Source: Octopus vulgaris (lineage: Eukaryota). From it: a stretch of DNA of 64,000 nucleotides. The stretch's first letter is position 1. Every line of letters begins with the position of its first letter. The stretch covers positions 185,380,001 through 185,444,000 of the forward strand of contig OX597815.1 in the NCBI GenBank assembly GCA_951406725.2, read 5' to 3'. Below, piece by piece: positions 1 through 12,706 of the stretch. The position numbers and the translations under genes are program-made. The notes beneath the pieces are model-generated. The model was given only the letters and a program-made list of their open reading frames with translations. It ran no database searches and was not told the DNA's origin.

Positions 1-63
1 CCCGCCTTTGTGTCTTCTATCTGTTCGAAAGTTTTAATGCCCACTGTTGCGTTTTTATTCCAC

Positions 64-118
<55 letters not shown>

Positions 119-369
119 GGGGGGGTGTATGTATGTATGTATGTATGTATACCAAGTTACGGTACATAGAAATGCTCGGGTTGGTGCCCGAAGTCGTAGT
201 AAGCCCTTGGGAGTGAGGGACCCCTAGTCTTTATTAAGGCATCCCTCTAGGAGAAGGCTAACTCGTGTATAACACTCGCTGGTCTACTGAGCCGGATATC
301 TTGCACATTGCATGTCTCTAGGACTGCCCTGACGTATACATCAAAAGCGTGTCAGAACCAGCAGGTATC

Positions 370-541
370 CACTCCTATAAAAACAATGGATACTGGTGGA
401 ACATTCCCAATAAAAACACAAAAACACCAATTCGGTGCAAACAAAACAGACTGGATATTGTTCTGTGACGGAAAACAAATATTACGCAGTGTTGTAGAAT
501 TCAGCTGCCCAGCAGATGTGAATGTACACTCACAAGTCTAG
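370..541 (+). pseudogene. Restriction-like endonuclease (RLE) domain fragment of an R2/R4/NeSL-type non-LTR retrotransposon
   Basis: Across frames reads YWWNIPIKT...ANKTDWIL...VVEFSCPADVNV, resembling the RLE motif (WN..I.T....HN+PD+V...+E+SCP.D.N); frameshifted and truncated. Confidence 0.6.
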
Positions 542-707
542 TAAAGTAAAATAAATTAGTGTAAATTAAATAGATTGGATAAATAAATTAAATATAGTAA
601 ATATATTAATTTAATTAGTGTTTAATTTCAAATAGAAGCTATAAGAAAGGTGAAACGGGAAAATATAAGTTGTGGCTTTTGAAAATTAGGTGTTGTTATA
701 CAGGTTA

Positions 708-993
708 AGGAATTTGAACTCAGAACATAAAGACAGGCGAAATACCGCTAAGCATCTCGCCCGGTGTGCTAACGTTTCTTCTTTCTTTATTGCCCACAAG
801 GGGCTAAACATAGAGGGGACAAACAAGGACAAACAAACGGATTAAGTGCGTGACTGGAACTTAATTTATCGACCCCGAAAGGATGAAAGGTAAAGTCGAC
901 ATGGACGGAATTCGAACTCAGAACGTAACGGCAGACGAAATACTGCTAAGCATCTCGCCCGGCGTGCTAACGTTTCTGCCAGCTCGCCGCCTT
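708..993 (-). mobile_element. tRNA-derived SINE family A (GGCGAGCTGGCAGAA head), full copy plus partial second copy
   Basis: Reverse complement of GGCGGCGAGCTGGCAGAAACGTTAGCACGCCGGGCGA...GAGTTC(G/A)AATTCC (B box)...CTTTCATCCTTTCGGGGTCGATAAA; many near-identical copies in the window. Confidence 0.85.
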
Positions 994-1570
994 CGTTGAT
1001 TTTATATTGTACTGGATATGTCATTAAACTGCATCCGGTGGTGGGGTTCCGGTTCGAAATTTCTGGATTTGTGGTGTCTATAGAATCACCCTTTATTACC
1101 ATTACTCCTAGATCTATTCTGGTACTTATCAGTGTCCCTTTCATGGCTCAATTAGATTTTCCAGCATTAGAGGAGGCTTCTGTTGTTTTTGACGAAGCCT
1201 TGGCGAAGCAGCATTTTTAGAAGACCGATACTCTGACATAAAACTTGCAGTCAAAATAGTACCATTCTTTTATCAATACTTATCACGGAAGCTACTATGG
1301 CGATGAAAGAGTGGCAAAAGTGTTGTGCTTTTGCCACTTAAATCCAGTGACGTAGAGATGTCTGTCTGTCATTTCATTTCTTGATCCGTTTCATATCTTA
1401 TAAAGTCCTAAGGCGATGGACGCATGGCGAAAATTCATATCTGCGCACATTCAAGGATGAAAGCAAAACAGAACATTCAACGTGAATGCGAGACGGTTAT
1501 CATGTAATAATATGAAGCAATCATCATCCTCATCGTCATCATCATTAACATATATATATGTGTGTGTGTG

Positions 1571-1810
1571 GAGACGCGTGGCTTAGTGGTTAGGGTGTCA
1601 GAACCATGATCGTAAGATTGTGGTTTCGATTCCTGGACCGGGCGACGCGTTGTGTTCTTGAGGAAAACACTTCATTTCACGTTGCTCCAGTCCACTCAGC
1701 TGACAAAAATGAGTAACACTGCGATGGACTGGCGTCCTGTCCAGCTGGGGAACACATACGCCCATGAGCCTGGCTAGGCTATCATTCGCCATGATGGATC
1801 GCTAGCCTCT
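1571..1810 (+). mobile_element. tRNA-derived SINE family C
   Basis: A box TGGCTTAGTGG, B box GGTTTCGATTCC, core GAGGAAAACACTTCATTTCACGTTGCTCCAGTCCACTCAGCTG; related copies at ~19780-19970(-), 24003-24308(-), 59868-60185(+). Confidence 0.8.
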
Positions 1811-1849
1811 ATACATTTTTTATTTTCTCTCCTTGTTTCTTTCTGTGTT

Positions 1850-1887
1850 TCTTTCTGTGGAAGAGCGTAGGCTTGAAACGTTAAAGA
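1850..1887 (+). ncRNA. Minimal type I hammerhead ribozyme-like motif (A6U core variant) in a short element ending at (TA)n
   Basis: TCTTT | CTGTGGA | A | GAGC gtag GCTT | GAAA CG TT | AAAGA: 5-bp stem I, stem II, palindromic stem III ACGT; second copy at 36512-36549. Confidence 0.6.
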
Positions 1888-1978
1888 CTTTTTCACTTCC
1901 CGAGCGTTATACTAATACATCTGTTTGTTGTCTACACCACTTGTCTTCAGCTTTTGTTTTTTTCTGTGAATTCTCCCC

Positions 1979-2045
<67 letters not shown>

Positions 2046-2883
2046 GTATGTATGTATGTGTGTGTGTGTATGTATGTATGTATGTATGTATGTATGTATG
2101 TATGTATGAATATGAGCAGTGCTGGTGGAGAGTATGATTTAAGTACCCGTTCAATCGTCCCCAACTACTAATGCAAAACGTTTATCAAATTTACAAACAT
2201 CGGTTCTACAGGTCGATCATTTTTTATATAGTATTCCACTAAATATACGTACAAGGAAATTTATATAGAAACATGCTACACTAGAATCTTTCTTTCTTTG
2301 AGGTGAGCAATGTTGAGCAAAATGTAAATTTAGCAAGCAGAATCTGTGATGTAATATCAATTTCCGGTTGATGCCTTTTCGTTTCACGTACGCATTTGCT
2401 AAAGGCGTGACCGTCACACTTCTCCTATTTTTTTTTTATCTTAAAATATACATGTATGGTGGTTATCCAAGAAAGAAACTAATATTGATTTATTTTGAGC
2501 AGTTACAAAGAAACCGTTATTGAGAGAGTGAGCGAATGGCCACATTCACAAATATCAGATGCAGACTAGCAGCTCCCATGAACTTTTTCGTAATAGGAGA
2601 ACCTGGTTGTTTAGAGGAATATATTACAAGAGAGAAGGTCTAACCTCAGACTGGAGCCCCATATATTATCAGTCAGTGCCGGGAACGATTTATCTATCAT
2701 GTTCTAACTGTTTGGCGAAGTCGGTTTTGAAATATCCTAACCGAAACAATAAAGAATAAAGCCTTTTTTTTTCATTTACGTAAATCTATTATCATGAAGA
2801 ATAATCCAATGTCATTTATATATATGTGTGTGTGTGAGTCTATGCGTGTGTGTGCATGTATTTATGTATTGTATTTATATATG

Positions 2884-2926
<43 letters not shown>

Positions 2927-3198
2927 TCGTACATATGTATATATATGTATGAATGTATGCACATATTCATGCCTATAAATGTGTGTGTATGAATATATGC
3001 ATATATACATGTATACGTATATATATGTATACGCATATATATATATGTCTGTGTGTGTGTATATATGTATATATATATATGTATGTATGTATGTATATAT
3101 ACGTATATATATGTATGTGTGTATGTATACGTATATATATATGTATGTGTGTATGTATACGTATATATATATATGTATAGGTATATATATATGTATAG

Positions 3199-3245
<47 letters not shown>

Positions 3246-3267
3246 CGGGCGGGCGTATGTATGTATG

Positions 3268-4320
3268 TTGATTACGAAAAGACCCTCAACAGCGTCGAAA
3301 AGAACGTACTGCTAAAATCTCTGGAGAGGAAGGTGGTCGAGGCGCAATACCAAATTGTTCAAAGAAACTAATTCCTCTGCATCATCGATATACCTCTGCT
3401 TGTACTACCCGTTAGCGTTCCGGTTGAGAAGGATGTCAATCGAGGAGATACCACCACTCAAAAGCTTTTTACCGCATTTCAAGAAACGGTCGTCAGAAAC
3501 ATTAAATGCAAAGGTAACATGAACATCAACTGCGAGCCACTAACACACCTCCGATTTGCAGATTCCATGGTATTCATCGCCGAAATCACAGATCAGTAGC
3601 AGACTACGCTGACAGAGGTCCTCACCCATTGTCCGGCTGTAGGCCTTGAAATGAACGAAAGCAAAATACATGCGGTCCGAATACGCAGCACAACACCTTA
3701 TGAAGGTGGATGGTGATGAAATCGAGGCGCTAAAGGAATACGTCTACTCGGGACGCATAGTGAACGTATATGCCGAGAAATGGACTATGAAATCTTACGG
3801 GAAATAAGGTAGAATGGGAGGTGTTTTCTACTATAAAAGATGTTCTCGAAACATAACTGCACAGGATGCTATGTGTCAGTCTCTTCAATGGTGTCGTCCT
3901 ACCTGCGATCTTATATGCAAGTGGGACATGTGCTGTTAAGAAGAGAGAAAAATATCGATTGGCTATGATGCAAAAGGTGATGGAAAGAGTCACGCTAAGA
4001 TTATAATTGTGGAACCATATCTGAAATGGAATAATTTGAGAATAAAACGGAGTGAAAGGTATGACCGCAGAACACAGTGAGCGCAAGTTCCACTGAAAAG
4101 GACGAGTGTTCTCAGGTGAACCCGTACAGTTGCCGAGTGACATCTAAGAGATCAGAAACGTCCTCTCGGACGGCCTTCGATGATGGGTAGGCAATTTAGT
4201 TAAACAGTTAAAACCAAGATTGAAAAAGAATGACACAATCAAGAAAGAATTGGAATCGCATTGTGATCGGCGTTCTATGACAGCATTCAATAGTCTGATT
4301 GATACAGTAGATACAGATAA
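3268..4320 (+). pseudogene. 5'-truncated, decayed RTE-clade LINE (RT domain and C-terminus)
   Basis: DYEKTLNSV (DYEKAFDSV), VNRGDTTTQKLFTA (GVRQGD.ISPKLF), LRFADSMVFIA (FADD), GLEMNESK, EYVYSG, VLPAILYASGT, KRPLGRP; stops and frameshifts; followed by (GTAT)n. Confidence 0.9.
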
Positions 4321-4724
4321 CGTATGTATGTATGTATGTATGTATGTATGTATGTATGTATGTATGTATGTATGTATGTATGTATGTATGTTAAATTCTC
4401 TCTAATCCTGTTGTGCTAGATTAAAACGGAAATAACGCATTTGCTAAGAGTTCTGCTCCGTCTTGGCTGACCTGGAGTTCAACATCAGCAAAACTATTGA
4501 TATAAGCCAATTTTTACTTCCTCCGATGATCTTTATGGCTGGTATAAAGATTAATTTTAATCCTCCATAATAGAAGGAGCATTGTCTGTTAACCTTTCCA
4601 TTCAGTTACAAGAGTTTGAACTTTTAAAAAATCCATTAATAAAAGCATTTTGTTCAATATACTTATTTTCTTAAACTATGATTGCCCCATGATGTAATTT
4701 GCTGTCAATGCCAACAAATCGTTA

Positions 4725-5995
4725 ATATTCTCTCTACTGAAGGCTCAAGTCTTAAAATTTGGAAGCGGAGATATTGGTCGATCACTTCTACACCAGTACT
4801 CAACTAGTATTTATTTTAACGACCTTGAAAAGATAAAAGGCAAAGTCGACCTTAGCAGAATTTGAACTCAGGACGTGAAACTGGAAGAAATGCCATTATG
4901 CATTTTGTCCGTCTCGCTAACAGTTCTCCCACCTTACACCAGTTATCAATATTGGTTTTAAATGTTTGAACAAAGCCAGCAGTTTTAGGGGTGGGGATAA
5001 CTTCATTACATCGACCACAGTACTCAAGTGGTATTTATTTTAGCCATACCGAAAGGATGAAAGTAACCTAGGCGGAAGTTGAATTCAGAACGTAAAGACA
5101 GACGAATATTACATTGTAATATTGATAATTGGGATAAGGCGACGAGCTGGCAGAATCGTTAGCGTTCCGGAGAAAAATGCTTAGCGACGTTTAGTCCGTC
5201 TTTACGTTCTGAGTTCAAATTCCGCAGTGGCTGACTTTATCTTTCATCCTTGCGAGGTCGATAAATTAAGTACCAGTTGCGTACTAGGGTCGGTCTAATC
5301 AACTGGCCCCCTCCCCCCAAATTTTGGGTCTTGTGCTTAGAGTAGAGAAGAATATTGTTTTGTTTTTTTTGCCGGCGAGCTGGCAGAAACGTTAGCATCA
5401 CGGGCGAAATGCATTGCGGTATTTCGTCTGCTGCTACGTCTGAGTTCAAATTCCGCCGAAGTTGACTTTGCCTTTCATCCTTTCGGGGTCGATTAAATAA
5501 GTACCAGTTACGCACTGGGGTCGATGTAATCGACTTAATCCGTGTGTCTGTCCTTGTTTGTCCTTTCTGTGTTTAGCCCCTTGTGGGTGGTAAAGAAATC
5601 GGTATTTCATCTTTTATGTTCTGAGTTCAAATTCCGCTCAGGACGACTTTGCCTTTCATCCATTCGGGGTCGATAAAATAAGTACCAGTTGATCACTGGG
5701 GATCGATGTCATCGACTTATCCTCTTCCCCCGAAATTGCTGGTCATTTGCCAAAATTTGAAACCAGTATTAATAACTGATATAAAGGCAAAATGCTTAGC
5801 GACATTTCACCTGTCTTAATGCTCTGAGTCCAAATGCTACCGAGCTCGAATTTGCTTAGCGGCGTTTTGCCCATATTTACGTTCTGAGTTCAAAGAGTTC
5901 TGAGGTTGACTTTGCGATTCATCCACTCGGGTCTATGTAATCGACATATCTCTTCCCACAAAGCTGTTGGTTTTGTCCCAAACTTTGAATCCAGG
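4725..5995. mobile_element. Cluster of at least 6 nested or adjacent SINE family A copies on both strands
   Basis: Repeated GAGCTGGCAGAA, GTTCTGAGTTCAAATTCC and TCATCCTTTCGGGGTCGA modules; minus copies at 4725-5105, plus copies at 5137-5995. Confidence 0.8.
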
Positions 5996-6189
5996 ATTGT
6001 TACATTGAAATTGCCGAAATGCAAGAAGTTTAACAACAAATAGCTTATAACGTACAGAATTTTCTCAAGAAAGCCAAGAGAAAAAGGTGTTTTATGTGAC
6101 ACATTTTACCAGTATACGAAGTTTAAAAGTCTTTAGTTACAAAGAAATTATTTTTAAAATCTGCCGGTCAAAGTGAAAGGATCCCCAGT

Positions 6190-8003
6190 TAATTATCGCA
6201 GCAGTTGCAAGGCTGGAAGGTAAAAAATGAAATTCTTTGTCTCTCTCTCTGTACACGTGCTTCTATTTCGTTAATTTACACTGCATACAAAAATACAGAC
6301 ATACTATATACGGTACGTTATTAAACAAACATCTACACATACATATACAAACCTGACGACTGACATGCGTGAAGTGCGGGTCGGCCAGTATCAACATGCA
6401 TTTATACATACACATCTACACATACGTTGCTGACGACTTGATTTTTTTATTAACCAAACAGGGTCGAAGCACAGAGGGGACAGCATAAGGAGAGACAAAA
6501 CACAAAAGTGGGAAAAAAATAAAATCAAAGGAAAAGAATGGACATGATAAATGAAAAGGTGGAATGACGTGTACTCGAACCTCACACTCCAGTTAACGTC
6601 ATTGAACGTTTTAGAAAAAAATGTTAACAGGTGTTGTTTTATTTCCGTCTCTTTCTCCTTGTTGTGAGGACGACTGAGACATGCGTGAAGTGTGGCCAGT
6701 GTCAATACGGAATTCTATTTTCATAAAAACACTACGTATTTACTGTTCCATTGCCAATGAATAACCATCGCAGCAGTTGCAAGGTAGGACATAAAATTCT
6801 TTGTCTCTCTGTAATAATTATTGTGGAAATAACCGTTAAATTAACAGTTCCATACATATGCTATTTCGTTAATTTGCTTATATTTTGTTGATTTACACTG
6901 CATGCAAAATTACGGATGTACTATATACGTACAACTGCTTACAAAAATAGAGATTAATGTATATTGTTTTCTATGTTCATAATTTTTTGTTTACAATATT
7001 TAAAAAATATGCCACCTAAGAAAAAACATAATCTCCCTCAGAAACCCGTATAAAGGTGAGGATTATTGCAGACAACCAAAATGCGAGAGTCTCAACAGAG
7101 AAGAGAGATGAGACTTTCTCAAAATCAGCTAAGGCATGCTGTAATACTTAATGCCTAGTAATTAGAACAACGTTTAGCACGCCAAATTAGACAGATGTCC
7201 AATACAATAGCTCTCAGAAATAAATCACATACAAATTCGTTCTTCACAACAACAGTAGTTGCTTTTAGATACGATACATCCCAATCTTTTAAAAATGATA
7301 ATTCTGTACAAATTTGTGTGCTACACTCAAATTGTCGTTTCTGCAAAGCTTTCAAATTTCCAAATGAAGCTAATGGCATATGCTGCTCAGGCAGTAAGGT
7401 AAAGTTGCCAGCACTACCAGCTCCTCCTTAAACTCCTTTCAACAATTCACTCCCTTATTTCGGTCTCCTATTGCAACCCATTTTCAGAATGTACCCATTT
7501 ACGTACAATATTTCCATTACACCTCCATTCATTTGATTATCAACCATACAATGGGTCGTGTTAGACGCAGCGCTGACCACCTCAAAGGTGATTATATCCA
7601 CTAACTGTCTTTCGGTGGGTTCAAAATTTACATACAACCCAACCCACCAATTTTCCATGATAGGTTAGGCCATGGAATCCTCTAAACAGACGTATTACAT
7701 GTCGATCAATCGAATTAGACCATCATTTACTCAACAAATATTTTGTCGTCAAAGCTTCACTTTCCCGTATCACCTGTTTCAACATAACTAGGCGAAGGTA
7801 AAGAATACGTACACCCGGTGGTTAGAGCTTTTGTTACGCCGGAAACCGGTGGTGTACATATTCTTTACTTCCTCCCATAACTGTAATATACATATATAAA
7901 CAAAGTATACCATTTTAATCCCGAGCAACACTGGGTAGCTCTGCTAGTTTACATATAAAATACTACAATTAACTGTCATTTTTGACGGTACGGGACCAGC
8001 TAG
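6190..8003 (+). mobile_element. Helitron remnant(s) with N-terminal Rep/Hel fragment and two tandem 3' termini
   Basis: Coding relic 7009-7431; hairpin CCCGAGCAACACTGGG then CTAG|T at 7944-7947; second hairpin ACTGTCA-tttt-TGACGGT (7972-7989) then CTAG|T at 8000-8003; 5' boundary uncertain. Confidence 0.7.
7009..7431 (+). pseudogene. Helitron Rep/Helicase N-terminal Zn-binding region, truncated
   Basis: MPPKKK...AFRYD...CRFCKAFKFPNEANGICCSGSKVKLPALPAPP matches the Helitron motif AF.Y...C..C.A.KF..E..G.CC..GKV.LP.L..PP. Confidence 0.85.
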
Positions 8004-9084
8004 TTAGATAATAAAGAAAAGTTTTCTGTTGAAGTGTAGGCGATTGTAACTCTCAGCTAAATACACCAAATATCTTATCATGCTTCGGTTAACTACAATC
8101 CTTGCAACTTATTCAAAGCCTCGCATTTAAATGAAAGGCTCTATTAATCATTGGAATCCAACGTGTTGCATGAGGGTTGTTTGTTCAGAGTTGAAAGGCG
8201 GAAGATTAACCCTAAGTTTAATTTGTTTTCAGGAAGTAAACTAAAATACATCAAGGCCCAACCCAACACATCTTATTTCTGTTATTCCTCTGCTATGTTT
8301 TGTTTTCAGTGAGATAGCCTTTTCGTTGTTGTCCTACCTGCTAGAAATAGCAGCCAATTCTTATTCAACTTGTATACGACCAAAATGGATATATTATATA
8401 ATGCGGTACGATGTTCACTGTGATTGGGGGTAACGGACATGAAAGTCACGTCTAGGAACTTTTCATTGCCAGTTTGCTTGGTTACAGCTGACCTGGTGGG
8501 ATGATCAGCAATAACGAGAACAACAACAACTTAACAATATTAATAACACAAATATATAAATATACATATATATATATTGATTAATTTCCTACGATTCAAT
8601 GGATCACTGTTTGACTTCCGGAGATTTTGTATTCATGCAGTGTTTCAAATAAAGAATATTGAATGCGTTTCCCATTTCAATTATTGCGCCTAAGATCACG
8701 GAATTATTTCTGCAAAGCGTCTGAAACACAATGAAATACTCATTAATTATACAATGCTTCAAGATACGAGCAATACTTTTATATATTTTCTATATACGAT
8801 ATATTAAACGCTACAGACACTTTTGTCGGTGAAGTGCTACTATGCGAAATTTTGAAATTTACGTCTTACACAAAGGTCTTGGTGATAAATGGGAAACGAT
8901 TCTGCATGAATATCGGAACCAGGTCGCTGACATTTATCCATTATCATACCTAAGCTGCTCAGATTCGAAAACGAATTACTTCATAGCAACATGGTGTGAA
9001 GTGGTCTACTATTGATGTAACCACTCGTAGCAATCGATAAACATCAAATCTCAAACCTATTTGTGCTACGAAATTCGATCTCTC

Positions 9085-9118
<34 letters not shown>

Positions 9119-9544
9119 TAAAAATATATTAATGTATCACACTGCACATCTTTATATCTCTTACTAATGATCTTTTACTGAGAATTTCATTTACTTGATA
9201 TAATCAGATTTGAATTGTACATATTTTAGAAGATAGCAGTTACAAGAACAATAAAAAAAAAAAGGTTAGTATAATTCAAAATAATGTTCTTTCATATATA
9301 TTGAAGCAAGTCTAATAGGAACCAGTTACTGTGATCAGCCACAATAAAAACCAATGCAAAAGTTTCCCACTTGAATATTTTATACTATCTACTAGCAGAC
9401 AATATCCATCGCATTATAAATTCAGTTGCCACATAAAATTGCTTTATTTCTCAGAACCCTAGTACTACCAATATAAACGTCGTCTTCCACAATCTATATT
9501 ACGTTGCCACTTTCATTTTCTTACATTTCTTCGGCTTCGTCTTT

Positions 9545-9911
9545 CTCCGTCTCTGATTTCTTTTTCCTTCTCTTCTTTATTTTTCCTCCTCTTCTTTCTT
9601 TTTTCTTCTCTTCTTTCTCCTTCTCTTCTTTCTTTTTCCTTCTCTTCTTTCTTTTTCCTTCTCTTCTTTCTTTTTCCTTCTCTTCTTTCTTTTTCCTTCT
9701 CTTCTTTCCTTTTCTTTCTTTTTCTTTCTTTTTCCTTCTCGTCTTTCTTTTTCCTTCTCGTCTTTCTTTTTCCTTCTCGTCTTTCTTTTTCCTTTTCTCC
9801 TTTCTTTTTCCTTTTCTTCTTTCTTTTTCCTCCTCTTCTTTCTTTTTCCTCCTCTTCTTTCTTTTTCCTCCTCTTCTTTCTTTTTCCTTCTCTTCTTTCT
9901 TTCTCTTCTCC
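9545..9911 (+). repeat. Polypyrimidine tandem repeat (TCTTTTTCCTTCTCTTCTT-type units)
   Basis: About 370 bp almost exclusively C/T with recurring ~19-20-nt units. Confidence 0.9.
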
Positions 9912-10218
9912 ATCGTTCCTAAAATTCTATCTTAAATAAGAAGCGGTTTTTAATTATTCTCCTTTATACTTAGAATAACAGAAAGTTGAAATAAACAATA
10001 ACAATTAAATACTGCTTTTAGTTCCCAGGGTTGGGCGCCTTAAAGACTACTTCACATTACAAAACAAAACAGAAACGTAACAGAATTACATGAATAAGCT
10101 ATGTTTCGGGAATTTAAAGGCTACGTTTACTTACTTCACAGGCATACATGCACACTACATATATACTCTTTTTTTTTTTTTTTTCTTTTTTTTTTGCTGC
10201 ATATTCTATCACGGATCA

Positions 10219-10312
<94 letters not shown>

Positions 10313-10376
10313 CAATTAACAGAATGTAATAAAAATTCAAGGGTGTAAAAGATTTCAAAACATTTATAAAGAAAAG

Positions 10377-10424
10377 GTCTTGCAGCTGTTTCCAGGATAT
10401 TTTATATATCCCTTCATCGGAGAC
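10377..10424 (-). ncRNA. Minimal type I hammerhead ribozyme motif (U4C core; cleavage triplet mutated to GCA)
   Basis: Minus strand: GTCT | CCGATGA | A GGGATAT ataaa ATATCCT G | GAAA CAGCTG CA | AGAC; ~70 nt from (TA)n. Confidence 0.65.
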
Positions 10425-10776
10425 GGGCGAGAAAAAGGTTAAGCAATAGTTATTCTAGAGAAGATATGAAATAGAGAGTGAAGTGGAGGAATGAGAATAG
10501 ACGTGAGATATGCAGGGATATTGCATTTGCAGTTCCATTCTGTTTGTTGTCTACACCACATTCTCCCTATATATATACATATATAAATACACACACACAC
10601 ACATATACACACACACATTACTACAAAGCTTAGGTTATTATACCAACTCCCCCATGCAATTTCCTCCCACCCGGTGCAACCTGTCGGCTCCAGCACATCC
10701 CGCTTTCCTATATGTGCGTGTATATGTGTATATGTGTGCGTATATATATGTATGTGCACATATGTGTATGTATATG

Positions 10777-10816
<40 letters not shown>

Positions 10817-12628
10817 CGTGTGTGTATGTGCAGATATGTTTCCCTGAATTTTCCTCCTATATATACACATTTTGTCTCCCATATCTGTCTTTTTTTCCCT
10901 ACATATTTCTTCTCCTACACCCATATCCTTCCTATATAGTCTCTTTATTTCCCTATATCTATACCCTTTCACATTTCTAACTCGGATGTTGAACGCACAC
11001 CGCCAAACTCCACTTCCCACCCTTCCAATTTTCAGTTCCCCCGCCCGCCCCTACGTGGGCACCTTTAACACACACCTCTAACTTTCAACCACCTTCATCT
11101 CATGTTAAACTTTACCAGATTATATTTTTATTTTATTTTATTTTTATTTTTACTTTTATTTTGCTTTATCCTATTCTACTTCGCTTTACCTTTATTCTCA
11201 TTTTTATTTTCATCCCTTAGCTTAATTCTTATAATTTTTATAATTTTTACATTGTATTTCTTATTTTATATTGTATTTCTTACTTTTATTTCTAATTTTT
11301 ACTCTTACCCTCATTCTTACCCCTAACTTATCGCTTTATATCTCTATATATGTCTATTTTTTTTTGCTTATCCCTTATTTACTTACCTATGGATCCGCTT
11401 TATGATTATACGAGCGTCCGTGTACGTATGTATACGTATACATATGTGTACATATGTACGAGTAAACATCTACGTCCGGATGTGCATACCCCGTATTTCT
11501 TTACATTTTTTTACATGTTTTCTTATATTCATATGTTTACACCTATTTGTATACATCTTTTAATATCTTATAGCTATACCCATATGCGCGTATGTCTCTG
11601 TGTGTATGTAAGTGTATATGTGCACGCACATATGGACACACAGCCGTGTGTGCGTGCACGTGTAGACGTGAGTGCGTGATTCTTTACATACGTTCTTATA
11701 TACATCCTTTAATATCTTATATCTAAACCTGGAAGCGTGGGCATATGTGTATGTAAGGATGGACGCACGTATGTATATATGAGTGGGTACACGTATAATG
11801 TCCGTGTATATATGCGGATTTTCTGTTGTATGTACGTATATATACGCGCGTGCGTGTGAGTGTATGTGTGTTTATGTACATGTTTACACGTGAGTGCGTG
11901 TGTATACTTATAGGCTTGGAGCCGTGTATACGCGCGTATATGTGCGCGTGTATATGGGTGTATGTATCCATGATGGTATGTATGTACAAGATGACCAATT
12001 AATTCAAAGAACTAGATTAAACGCTCAACAGCTCTGATTTACAACACACTAGGTCCCCAGACGACCCTGTTGATTTATTGACACCCAAAACTTCTACAAC
12101 TAAATTTTATCAATCTCCTGACCACCATGTTTGGTCCGTAATCTCTATACATCCCTTATCTTTATATTTTTTTACATTTTTATCATGTTTATTCCTATTT
12201 TTATCATGTTTATTCCTATTTTTATTTTTTTACTTTTTACTTTTATTTCTATTTCTATTTTTACTTTATAACCTTATGCCTTTACATTCATTTATATTTC
12301 TTTATATTCTTTATATCCCCTTTACATCTCCTTATATCCCTTTATATCTTTATACTCTACATTTTTATATTTTTCTATACTTACACTTTTTATACATTTT
12401 TTATCCCTCGTCCTGAATTCTCGCCCCTCCATCTTCACGTCTATATATGTATTTATTTATTTACATTACTTCAACATCCAAATTTCCTCATTCTACATTG
12501 AGAGAAGAAAGAGATGGACGCTTCAATTCTATGCCTGTTGCCGCATTATGTCGTACGCGAATGAGAGGATTTGCATCCCCAACCAAGAATTTTTGATGTA
12601 ACACATGTCCTTGTGGAAGCTGTTGTGC

Positions 12629-12706
12629 GCGGCTGAAGAAGGCCACAGACATACATTATGCATTGTTATAAATCTGTCTAATAAAGGCCCGAAACATATG
12701 TACCGC
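12629..12706 (+). ncRNA. Type I hammerhead ribozyme with canonical core
   Basis: GCGG | CTGAAGA | A GGCC ...41 nt... GGCC C | GAAA CATATG TA | CCGC; stem III palindrome ACATATGT; predicted cleavage after GUA (12702). Confidence 0.8.

Noticed and set aside
1571-1645. tRNA gene call for SINE heads
   Set aside because: A/B boxes are present, but there is no full cloverleaf and they continue into SINE bodies.
9521-9913. Highly charged K/E/R 130-aa ORF
   Set aside because: By-product of the polypurine repeat; no splice or homology evidence.
10015-10150. Two possible decayed minus-strand HHRs (CTGTGA...GAAACATAGCTTA)
   Set aside because: Core and stems too degenerate to distinguish from chance.
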